From assembly GCF_018977255.1 (NCBI RefSeq), contig NW_024704771.1, positions 3,782,001 through 3,846,000 on the forward strand: a stretch of DNA of 64,000 nt, in the 5' to 3' direction. Position 1 is the first letter of the stretch; each line of letters opens with the position of its first letter. The notes below the pieces were generated by a model that saw only the letters and a program-made list of their open reading frames with translations, did not search any database and was not told where the DNA came from. Origin of the DNA: Callorhinchus milii (lineage: Eukaryota). Below, piece after piece: positions 1 to 11,400 of the stretch. The position numbers and the translations under genes are program-made.

Positions 1-799
1 TCCCAGGAAAATGTGAAACGTAATCGGAAGCTAAACTCAACCTGTCCAGCAAAGCTACTCCTAACCATTTAACTATCAAGCCTTCATGCAGTTGTTGTTC
101 GAAATATTACCAAGACACCTTGAGCTGTTAGGCGGCATATTTCAACACCCTGCAGAGCGATCCGCCAACTGGGCTCCTACTTACTGCCAGGTAAACAGAG
201 GCGTGTGGATTAAGGAGACTTGCCTAAGGTTTTGCCCTGCCCAGGAATCAAATCTGGGTCCTCTCGCTTGCGAGACGAGTCCTCTAACCACCACACGACA
301 GGACACTTCTTAGGGATTCAAATTGGTGCGTGGTTTTAAAGTTTAAGAGAAAATGTGGAGTCGTGTGGCGCAGTGGTTACGAGTGCTCACCTCGCAAACG
401 AGAGGACCCAGGTCAGGGTGAGGTCCGTAACCGAGCAGTAAGTAGGAACCTGGTTGGTAGTAGATTGGCGCAACCCTTTCCGGGGGCAATAATCCCTCGC
501 CCCCCAAAAAAATGTGGTCACTAAATCCACAACTGTTTTTTGGACACTGTTGCGTGTAATTGGCTCTAGAGTTCGACAGCAAAATACATGGTTAATCCAA
601 TTTGCAGTACATCCTGTATATTCGTGCAAAGACGTGATAAGCTCTATATCGAGTGCAAGGATTATTATTATTATAGTATTCGTCAATTGATTTTTTTGTT
701 CATTCTTTTATCGTTTAGGATGTTGGAAAGCCCAGATATAACACAGAAGCCCTGACCCAGTTTACTGTGCAAATTTCTGCCCTGTTCATCAAAATCTCT

Positions 800-1896
800 A
801 TGGAGATGCTACGTCGCTTCAATAAATGCCGGCTGATTGGCTTTCTGCGGAAACCTCGGTTGGGTGTGGGTTTGTTGCTCGTGTTGATGCTCACGGGCAT
901 TCCTTTCCTGGTGGATTACGCCCAGGAATGGACCCTGCGGAGAGACCCAACGCCCATCACCAATGGCAGTATCGTGCAGATGCGGGCGAGGGCCGTGAGC
1001 TTCAACATGGAGGTCTTCAGACACAACGCTTCCAAATATTACCTCATTCCCAACACAAACGCCTGTGACGGTCCCGACGTCTTCCTGGTCAGCTTTGTCA
1101 TCAGTAAAACGGGCCACTTCCAAAGCCGGGAGGCCATCCGCCAGAGCTGGGCGAGCGTCAAGGACGTTCAAGGACACACAGTGTTAATACTCTTCGCTTT
1201 GGGGGTCCCCGAGAGCACAGAAGAACAGGAGAGAATCGAGGAAGAATCATCTCAATACAAGGACGTGGTTCAAGGGGTCTTTAGGGATACTTACCACAAC
1301 CTGACCCTGAAGACCATCATGATAATGCAATGGTTGGCACTTATTGCCCGGCTGCCAGATACCTCCTCAAAGTCGACGACGATGTCTTTCTGAACTATCA
1401 CAACCTAATGGAGCATCTCATAGGCCTCAGCGACGATTCCGAGGACCTGTATCTGGGTTGGGTCCATCGTAGGGTCAGACCCGTTCGAAACAAGAACGAC
1501 CTGTACTACGTCTCGGAGTCCGTGTACTCGAAGGACGTCTACCCGGACTACTGCAGTGGGACGTCTTATGTTGTGTCCAAGGATGTTGTCCTCAAGGTCT
1601 ACGTGGCAGCATTGACCACTCCGCTGATAACCATCGAAGATGTCTTTGTGGGGTTGTGTGCTCATAAGATGGGGGTTTCACCCACTCACACCTCTAAGAT
1701 ATCTGGGCCAGTTCGATTTCACTTAAACCAATGTTGCTACAAGTCTATATACGCTTCCCATCACATCAAGCCGGGAGAGTTCCTGAAGATATGGAAGCTT
1801 GTGAATGACGGGAGCAGATGCTCGTTGCTCGCTAAGTACACTGGGCTGTTCATGTGCAAAGCCCTCGCCTTGTTGAGTCCAGTTATTAATCAATGA
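800..1896 (+). CDS. B3GALT4: Beta-1,3-galactosyltransferase (GT31), B3GALT4-like, single coding exon with a 1-nt frameshift at ~1331-1333
   Basis: ORFs 767-1393 and 1330-1896 join into one type II membrane GT31 protein: N-terminal TM (LGVGLLLVLMLTGIPFLV), then IRQSW, LFALG, DTYHNLTLKT, KVDDDVF (DxD), YPDYCSGTSY, EDVFVG, CCY. CAA TGG TTG GCA needs one extra G to read Q-W-V-G-T-Y-C-P. Likely acceptor ttttatcgtttag|G at 718/719. The B3GALT4 name rests on tail-to-tail synteny with WDR46 and intact NLTLKT/DDDV; the paralog B3GALT9 is not excluded. Confidence 0.8.
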
Positions 1897-1943
1897 GGAG
1901 CCTGTAATGGCTCTCCTGTTTGGGGAACAGACTGGGGCATTGT

Positions 1944-2295
1944 GGAATCCTGTAGCGTAGTGGTTAGAGCGCTCGCCTCGCTAGCGAGGGGACCCGGGTT
2001 CGATTCCCGGGCAGGGCGAAACCTTAGGCAAGTTTCCTTACTCCACACACCTCTGCTTACCTAGCAGTAAGTAGGGACCCAGTTGTTAGTCAATCGGCAG
2101 ATCAGGTAATGATCCCTTAAAAAAAAAAAAATTGGTCACTCAATCCATGACTGTTTGTGGGACACTTGGAAGCAATTGTCTCCTGCATTTCGCTCACAAA
2201 ATATACAGTCAATTCAGTTTACAGTGTATCCTGTGAAGCGGTTTGAGACTCACGCAGACGTGATAAGACGCTATATCAAATGAAGGGATTATTAG
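1944..2295 (+). mobile_element. tRNA-Ala-derived SINE, older subfamily (representative of >25 copies or fragments, e.g. ~357-675, 5351-5660, 6370-6700, 14246-14609, 18608-18910, 24900-25230, 35915-36300, 38515-38875, 50920-51330, 60290-60630)
   Basis: Head tgtagcgtagtggttagagcgctcgcctcgc...gggttcgattcccgg (CGC anticodon), body ...aacccggttgttagtcgattggc...gctgtgcgcaattggctgcc..., tail gagacgtctcgaagacgtgataaggcgctatatcaaatgcaagg(att)n. Confidence 0.8.
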
Positions 2296-3519
2296 TTCAA
2301 GTGCTCTGGGACGCTACCCTGTGTCGGGGAGCTATGTGAATGCAAGTGTTATTGCCGTCACGGATTTGAGTCCGTGCCCACCCTCCTCACACGGTGTGAG
2401 GTTGCGAGGACATGCTGAGCGTAGCTGAGAGCGTTTCCTCACGGTGAGTGAAGTGAGCGGAAGGGGAGGGAAAAGTCTGACACATGCGGAAACCCATCAC
2501 CGTTGCTTAAGAGTCTCCAAACCCAAGCTGAGAATTGCATGGATCTCATCCACACATGGAAATCCCAGAGATAGGATTGTTGGAATGGAATGCTCTCTCT
2601 CTCCCTGGAGGGATGCATCCTGCTCACCTAATTCCGGAGAGTATTAGGCGCAGGTTGGCAAGAGCCAAGGCTTGGGGACCCCAGTGTGGGCGTTGGGGTA
2701 ACTGCTGGAGTCTAAGCTCAAACCACAAAGCTTGCCATTGATATCACAGTCTGGCCAGCTTTCCCGCCGCTTGTCCGGCCGGGACCACCCTACCTGTTAG
2801 GGCTCTGGCTTGCAGGGCTAACGGGAGCTGAGTGGGATGACTCCCTGCCCCCAGTGACTGGTCTGCCCTTCCAGGTCCTCCCGATGAGCTGGGCTGTAAC
2901 TCTTGATGTCCTTCTTTGTACATTGCAGGAAGCAGTCCCGACAGATGGTTGACTAATCAACCAGTAAAACCATACCTTCCAGAGTCTGATTCACGAACCT
3001 TTGGTCAACGACTTCTGCTTTTGTTTCCGATCTCCAGCATCTGCAGTAATTTTGCTTTTCCTTGCAGTTTTCCCTTCCCCTGTGACTGAGGACCCCGCAG
3101 CGTGTCTTTTAATCTTTTTCACCGACTACTCCGTGCAAATTTGGGCGAACGCCCAAGGGGTAAAAATGAATTTCGGCCAAATGCAAAACACAGTTGTGCC
3201 AAAAAATCTCGTCCCTGCAAAGCCGGCGTTGGGAACGTGTGTACGGTACGATGCAGCGAACACACACGGTTAAGCACACGTGTAATTCTGTTAGGTTCAC
3301 ATAGCCGTTCTCTTTACGTTACAATGACCTCTATCTGCGAAGGAGGTCGTGTTGGGTTTTTTTTTTACAAAAAGAATGAAGTTAATGATTTGCTGGTAAC
3401 GAACTTAACTTACGGAGCGTGTTTTTTTTTTTTGAGGTTCCAAAATAAACTCCGATTTTTTTTCACTGAATTGTTTTGTTTCGCGTCAATTCCTTTCACC
3501 CCCAATTTTCGGACAGATA

Positions 3520-4335
3520 ACAACAACTTGGATTTATATAGCGCCCTCCACGCCGGACGGCGCCTCGGAGCGCTTTACAGTTTAGGATCCTGGGGCCGAG
3601 CCGGGAAGAGGGGGAAGGTGACCAAAGGCGCGGACGAAAAGAAAGGTCTTCAGCAGAGAATGGAAAGGGAGGAAACGAGGCGAAGGGAGTGAGGAAGGCA
3701 GTTCCAGAGCCTTGGGGCATAGCGGCTGAAGGCGCGGCCGCCGAGGGTGGAGCGGAGGACTCAGGGGACAAGGAGGAGGCGAGACCCGGAGGAACGAAGC
3801 CAACAGTACTGTGCTGAGGAGAGGTCAGAGAGGTCGGGGGGTGCAGAAGAGCGCAGGGACTTGAATATTGGTCCGTCTGGGATAAGATAATAAGAGGTAT
3901 TGGCGGAGACGGGTGATGCGTCGGAGGTGGAAGAAAGCGTTGCTGGTGAGGGACCGGATGTGGAGGAGGAAGGATAATTGGGGGTCGAACCTGATGCCAA
4001 GGTTGCGTACGGGTTTGGAAAGTTTTAGGGGAGGTTGGGTAGGTGGAGGAGGTGAGAACCGTGAGATTTTAGACATTGACGAGAGCCGAAGAGTACGGTT
4101 TCTGTCTTGTCAACGTTCAGCTGAAGGAAGTTTGAGCTCCTCCAGCCCCTGAGATCTGACAGGCAGAACATCAGGGCACTGGGGGTCGCAAAGTGAGGTG
4201 GAAAAGTAAGAGTTGGGCGTCATCCGCATGACCGCTATGTCTGCGGATGACATCCCCAAGAGGGAGCAAGTAGATCAGAAAGAGGAGGGGGCCAAGGATG
4301 GATCCTTGGGGTATCCCGCAGGTAACCGGGTGAGA
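3520..4335 (-). mobile_element. L2 LINE 3' fragment (decayed RT C-terminus and 3' UTR)
   Basis: HADDAQL (rc of gagttgggcgtcatccgcatg) and VRNLGIRFDPQLSFLLHIRSLTSNAFFHLRRITRLRQYL. Confidence 0.8.
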
Positions 4336-6090
4336 GCGGGAGGAGAGCCGTTTATGCAGATGTACTGCTGGTTGTTAGTCAATTGGCCGATCGCTTTTTC
4401 AGGGGTAATAATCCCTCCAAAACGTAATTTGGTCACTCAACCCACGTGTGCGCAATTGGCTGCCGCATTTCACCCACAAAATAAGAGTGGATTCACTTTA
4501 CAGTGTATTCTGTGAAGCGCTTTGAGAGGTCTCAGCGATGCGACTGGGGTCAGAGGTGCCGTCCTTCAGATCACATGAGGTGTTGAACTGAGGGTTCTCG
4601 GTCTGTCTGCTCACGTGGACGTTAAAGATCCCGCTACATTTTTGAAAAGGCGGCGTTTATCCCAATTTCCTAGCTGACAAGACGCATCGTAAATGTAAGT
4701 TACCCGCCACGTTCTCCCCTACAAATACGTAGTCACTACGCTTCATAAAAATCCAGTGAAATGCCTTGAAACTTTTCGACTTGAGACCCTGTGATCAGAC
4801 ACTACGGTATATAGGGATTATTATTGTTACACTTGGGGCCTTTCTACTGTGAGAGTCCCGGACGCTGAGCGAATCTTGTGACAATGATTGATTAGAGGAA
4901 GACGGTGGTTAACTTGACTGCGGATGTGACGCTCAGCACAAAATGAGACGCAGCGACTGGAAAGTCCCACGAACTTGTTCACCCGTTCGTAACACTGTGA
5001 CTGTCCAGCGCCTTGGGAAGTCCTCCCACCATGAAAGGCGCCGCGTAAATGTGTTGGTGGTGTTGTATCAAACGTAACTATTATTATCTGTCCTTGACCA
5101 GGCGTTCGTTGCTGACATCCAGTCTCAGGTGCATTATCTTTGCGAACCACAATCCAGAGGTTATCAACCCCAATTTTTGTGGGTACCTTAAACCTGAATG
5201 ATCACATTCCACACACCCTGTTCCTCAGCTTCGAACTGAACTGGAAGACTTGCATTTTTGTAGAGCTTAGGATCATGTCTTGAAAGCGCTCATGGTGTTT
5301 CGATGGTTACTACAAGTCCTCACCAACAGTTCTAGATTCTGTCCTACAATGGAGTCCTGCAGCTCAGCGGTTAAGAGCGCTCGCCTCGCAAGCGAGAGGC
5401 CTGGGTCTGATTCCCGACAGGGTGAAACCGTGCGCACGTTTCCTTACTCCACAGCCCTGATGATAATCCCTCAAGAAAAACAAAATAAATAATTCGGTCA
5501 CTTCGATCCATGACTGTTTGTGGGACAGTTGCCGCGTTTCACCCAGAAATATACAGTCAATTCATTCTACAGTATTTTTGTGTGAAACGCTTTGAGACCT
5601 CTAGAAGTGGTGAAAAGCGCTGCATCAAATGCAAGGATTATTATTATTATTATTATTATAAACAGTCGTGGATCGAGTGACTGATTATTTGGATTATTAT
5701 TACCCCCTGGAAAGAATCCGCCTGTGTGTCGACTTACTTCTCGGTAAACAAGAGGCGTGTGGAGTATTGAAACTTGCCCCACCCTGGAACTGAATCCACT
5801 TCCTCTCGCTTGCGAGGCGAGCGGTCCAACCCACTACGCTCCAGGACACCACCTGCACACTCATTGGACGTTATAAGGATATAAAATGCCGTGAAATATT
5901 TCGACCAGATTAATTTGCTGACTTGCCCTGCCCTGCCCCCATCCCAACCGGCTCGACACACAAAATAATAATAATAATAATAATAATAATCCTTGCATTT
6001 GATATAGCGCTTTTCACGTCAGGAGGACGTCCCAAAGCGCTGCACAGAACACACTGTAAAGTGAATTGACTGTATATTTGTGGGCGAATC

Positions 6091-6255
6091 GCTGCAGATG
6101 TTGGAAACCTGAAATGAAAACGGAAGTGGCTGGGAACCCTCAGCCGGTCAGGCAGCATCGAGGGAGAGAAGAAAAACGAGTCGACGCTTCAGGTGGATAA
6201 ATTCTCGTCGGATAAAAGCTGTGCGCTGAAAGGTTATTGACCTGAAACGTTTGCT
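6091..6255. mobile_element. Penelope-like element terminal remnant with inverted repeat
   Basis: gctgcagatgttggaaacctgaaatgaaaac...gctgggaaccctcagccggtcaggcagcatc resembles the Penelope-type ends common in shark genomes (recognised from memory). Inverted arms at ~6184-6200 and ~6234-6250. Confidence 0.5.
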
Positions 6256-8436
6256 CAAATCGGAAGCTGCATAGGCTGACATGGGTGAATGAGAAGTTGA
6301 CGAGTTGACTTGCCTGAAGTGGTTGGGAGCTTCAGGGGATGCAGGACCGTAGGTGCAACTCAGGCCAAAGTTCTGGTGTCCCGGTGTAGAGGTCAGAGCG
6401 CTCGCCGCGCGAGCGAGAGGGCACTGGTTCGGTTCCCGGGTGGGGCGAAAACGTAGGCAAGTTGCCTCACTCCACGCACGTGCCTCGGTTTACCAAGCAG
6501 TAACTAACCCGGTTGTTAGATGGTTGGCGGATCGCTTTCCGAGATTAATCCCTACCGCTCCCCTCCCCAAAAATAAATTAGCAACTCAATCCCAGACAAG
6601 TTTGCAGGACACTGGTGGCCACAGTCACTTTACACTGTGAAGCGCTTTAGTGCGTCTCAACGACATGATAAGGCGCTATATCAAATGTAAGGATTATTTT
6701 TCTTATTAGCCAGTTCTCGGGGAGGTGCAAGCTGCCCTCCTGACTTGAGGAGGTGTCTGACAGGGAGGGTTTGCTGAGAACAAGGCAATGCTGGCCTTGC
6801 TAGGTTCCTGCGGGAGAATAGGGGCTCGTGGGGGGGTTGGGGGGGGGTTTGCTTGAAGCTTTCCTGTAAAAAGCACGGGGAGAAACTTGTGTGAAACAGA
6901 CATGGCGCTGATCTACCTGGTTTGTGGAGATTAAAGTGCTGGTTGAATAAACAATAATCCTCGCATTTGATTTCGCATCTTCAAGACGTCTCAAAGCGCT
7001 TCGAAGAACATACTGCAAAGTGTAGTGACTGTATATTTTGTGGGCGAAACGTGGGGGCACAGCAGCGTCCCACAAACAGTCGTGGAGTGATCATTAATTC
7101 ATCTCGGAATCCATGACTGTTTGTGGGACACTGATCTGCGCAATTGGCTACTGCGTTTTGCCATTTAAAATAAAGTCAAACCATTGAATATTATATTCTG
7201 TGAAGCGCTTTGAGACGTCTCAACTGCGTGATAAGGTGCTATGTCAAATGCAAAGGCTTAGTATTATTATTGACAGAGAAAACTGAACTCCGGTTTTCAT
7301 TCGCACAGGAGGAGATCTTGGTTATGCAACAACAAAATTACATTTGTTAGCGCCTTTCACGGGGGAGGACGTCCCAAGAGACGTCCCTCTCAGAGATTAA
7401 GCAAAAGCAGAACCAAAGTCACAGTAAATTGTTCCTGAAATATTTCCTGCGCTGGTAAATTCAGTTGCTTTTCTTTTTGCTTACTAAGTGTTATTGAACA
7501 CCCTGCTGCCCACTCACCCTCCACAAGCTGCAGACTGCTCAGAACTATGCAGCCCTCGATTCGTTACGTCATCGAGACGTCTCGAAGCGCTCCACAGAAA
7601 ATATTGTATCCACCCCGCCCGGTAATCGAACCTGTTTCCTCGCTAGCGAGGCGAGTGCTCGAACTACACAACTCCAATCGTGTCGAGGCAGGAATCCGCG
7701 AGTTGGCGAATTTTGCTTTTATTTTCTTAAGAAATGTAGATTTTTGGGGGAAAAAAAATCCACAAAGGTTATTTTCAGAGAAATTCTCCTTTCACATTTG
7801 CGTTGCCTTGCAGTCAGTCTCCTGGTATTTCTGCAAACAAAACAAACCAAAAATATCCCAACCGCCACTGCTCTGAACACAAATAATTTGACGCAGTGAA
7901 CCGGTTTTTGCAACGGAAAGGCATCTGCTGAAGTTGGCGGAAGGGGAGGAGAGAACGTTTCGAATGGTGCAGAGTTTCGTGGGGGGAAAATCTCCTGGGG
8001 CAGCCTAACCAGAGGGGGGGGGACACATCTGCAGACACCGCTTCAGTGAGCGAGCGAGCAGGAAACTGACAGAACAGGCTCCCATTTGAGACGGTGGAAG
8101 CAGAAAGTGTTCAAGTCTCTCAAGGACAAATCAGATAGGTGTCTGCAAGAAAATAATAGTGTATATAGTTTGGGACATGACATATCAAGCGACTGCCAAG
8201 GATGGTGGAAGACGAACTGGATGGACCTTGGTCTTCTTTCTCCAGCAATTTCTTATGTTCTTAGGTGAAGACGGGAAAGGCAGATGAGAGCACTCTTCAG
8301 TCCACTGCTTTCTGTTAGCACTGGGTCTGGAATAAGCTCTGTGCTCGGTAAATTTGCAAGATTCTTTCACCCCTAACCCCACCGCCTGCGCCCCAGCACT
8401 CCAGTCCGGTCTGAAGCTCCAGTCCCAGTCATCTGG

Positions 8437-11400
8437 TTATTTTCTGAAACGATCGAGAGCTGTCCTCTGTCCCAGCTCTGTGTTCCTGTCCTTCAGTCTC
8501 AGTTCCTTTGCCTTTTCTTCCTTTGCTTTCTCCTGAACGCTCTTTCGGATTTCTTCCTGCAACATGGAACAAATACAGAACCACGCCGATTATTAACCAC
8601 ACGCTGGTTATCCGCATGTCAGGCTCAGGGGCTTAAAAGGGGCGACAGGGTCTGAGGCCCACAAAGGTGGTTGGGTATCTAACCTGTGTCCGTAATAATC
8701 CCGCGCACATGCATGCAAAAGATTAATTAAAAACTTAAGACAGTGAAATCCTGGGAAGCACTTTGAACCACATCTGTGGGACAAAGAAAATAATAATTTG
8801 GTCACTCAATCCACGACTGTTTGTGGAAGACTGCTGTGCGCAAGTGGCTACCTCGTTTCACTCACAGCATAGACAGTCACTGCACTTTAACAATAATACT
8901 TGGCATTTGAGATAAAGCCTTTTTGAGACCAATGAAAGCGCTTCAAAGGATATACTGAAAAGTTTATTTTTTTGTAGGCTGTAACCACTGAGCTGCAGGG
9001 CTTTACATTATATTCTGTGAAGTAGTTTTGACATGTTCGATGACATGCTAAGATAAGGCACGGTTGAAAAGAAAGGTATTAGTGCAGGTTTTAAAAGCAG
9101 GGAAGCAAAGGGTGAGGCAGATTACTCACGATCAGGTTTCACAGGAAAGGTGCAGAGTGGTTGAAAGCTCATCAACGACAGTAGGAGGGTCACGAGGGTA
9201 AATGAGGGAGCTCATGAAGTTCACCGAGATTGAGAGGGGGGGGGAGCCTCGGTTTGCTGGAGGGTAGGGTGGGGTCAGCCGGGCTGGGTGAAACTTACAG
9301 AGGATTAAGTGGAGAGATTTCACAATGTTGGCACCAAAGACGTCTTTCTTTAAGAAAGTTTTTGGAGGCTGGGAGAGGGAACTCTTGAGAGACAAGGAAG
9401 ATTTTGGAAGGTATCAGCGGAACCCTGCTGTCCGGTAAGCTTTCCTGCTGCTTGTCCAGCTTGGGACGCCCTACCCGTTACGGCTTTGGCTGGAGGGTTA
9501 ACAGGAGCTGAGTGGGAGGATTCCCTGCCCCCAGTGACTGGTCTGTCCTTCCAGGTCCTGCTGGTGAGCCAGGCTGGGCTGTGGGTGGCAGGTACCAAGA
9601 ACTCCCTGCGAGCTTCCCGGTGGGCAACACCACTCAGCGTGAAATGCGTGAGAACATTGCCACCATCTTCCGAGCAGGGATGGAAGGAAGGAAGGAAGGA
9701 TTAACACAAAAAGTGCGTGCAAGAACGGGGGAGAATAACCCTGGAACAGATTGCAGACATGAAGGAGAGAAGGAATCTGAAGGTTGTTGTCAAGGGTGTT
9801 GCATCTCCCTGAGACAATGTTTAGCTACAGTTTCTGAGCAGTTTGGCAGCACGTGATGTGAGAATTGTGTTCACGGTTTATTGGGGGAGGTTGTGGGGGG
9901 CAGGAATTGTATGGTAATTGAGGTTAAAATTACATTCACAAAGATTGTATAATCAGCCATTTGGAAAATAATGTGACCTCAAGCATGGAAATAGATCATT
10001 CCCCAGTATAGTACGTTCAGTGAATTATGAGGCCAGTCTCCAGCATTCTTGTTTGCCTTCCTATAGTCGTTTGCTACTTTACACTTTTTTGGTCAGTCGG
10101 GTGTCTGACACACGCGGAAACCCATCACCGTTACTTAAGAGTCTCCAAACCAAGCTGGGAATTCCTTGCCTCCCACCCACACACGGAAATCCCAGAGACA
10201 GATCGTTGGAATGGAATGCACTCTCTCCCCCTGGAGGACTCTCTCCCTGGAGGAAGGCATCCTGCTGACCTAATTCTGGCGAGTATTAGGCGTAGGTTGG
10301 TAAGAGCCAAGGCTGGGGGGAGACCAGAGTGTACGTTGTGGTAACTGCTGGAGCCTAACCAGCTAAAACTGCAGAGTTTGCCATTCAAAGCGCTGTCCGG
10401 CCAGCTTTCCCGCTGCTTGTCCAGCTAGGATCACCCTACCCGTTAGGGCCTTGGCTTACAGGGTTACCAGAGCTGAGTGGGTAAATTCTCTGGCCCCTGT
10501 ATTATTATTACAATATATCCAGTATTGTGTGCTACAGCAATTAATTCTGTATGGAAATAACAGGTCATTCGCAGCAGTAAATGTCCAGTGAAATATCATG
10601 TCAGTCTCGTCACAGCCTCTGATCAGCCGCTCACTCACCCTCTGTCTATCAAACGCCACCTTCTTCTTCCTTTTCTCAATATTCCCAGTCGAGCTCCGGC
10701 CCTTCATTTTGTGCTTTGGCTCAAACTTTTCCTTCACCAAAGGATCATATCCCTGTGATTGAACAAACAGTGTTTATTCAGAGGCCCTAAAGGTTCACAA
10801 CAACCCCTCGTCTACCCCACATCCGTTGGCACAACTTCTGCCGTGTGTACAACAGAACAAATCAACAACTTCCATTTACCCGGCGCCTTTCACGTCAGGA
10901 GGATGTCCCAAGGTGCTGGACAGGCAGTCAGGTATTTGGTGCCGAGCTGGGGGTTAGGATCGGGAGGGGTGGAGGATAGGGAGGGTGGAGGGGCAGGGGG
11001 CGCGGTCGAAAAGGAGGGTCTTGAGATGGGTCTTGAAGGAGGCAGGGGAGGGGGACGAGACGAAGGGACTGTCCAGACGAAGGGACCCCAGGCATCCATT
11101 CGTGTACATACCAGGCGCTCTGCTCGCTCAGTGAGTTTCTGTTTCATGGTGATGAAGTCAACCTCTCCCAGCTTGTTTGGGTCGAGAGTGATCAGCTCAG
11201 GCTGGATCTGAAAAAGAAAACGGGTTTCTCGGACTTAACCCAGAACGTACAGCACCACGAAAGACAACAGTGGTCACCCAGCCAGTATATAAAACTGGTC
11301 ACTCAATCCACGACTGCTTGTGGGGCATCGCTGTGCGCAACGGGCTGCCGCGTTTCGCCCACAAAATATCGTCGGGAGAGGGTGACTCTCTTCTCTTTCA

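Noticed and set aside
1944-2010. tRNA-like sequences at the head of dozens of repeats
   Set aside because: They lack a paired acceptor stem and run into SINE bodies; they are SINE heads, not tRNA genes.
9555-9580. Consensus CTGATGAG at the variable end of the ~400-bp repeat (copies at ~2882, 9560, 32640), suggesting a hammerhead ribozyme
   Set aside because: No GAAA after a plausible stem II in any copy, and each copy has a mismatch in the core.
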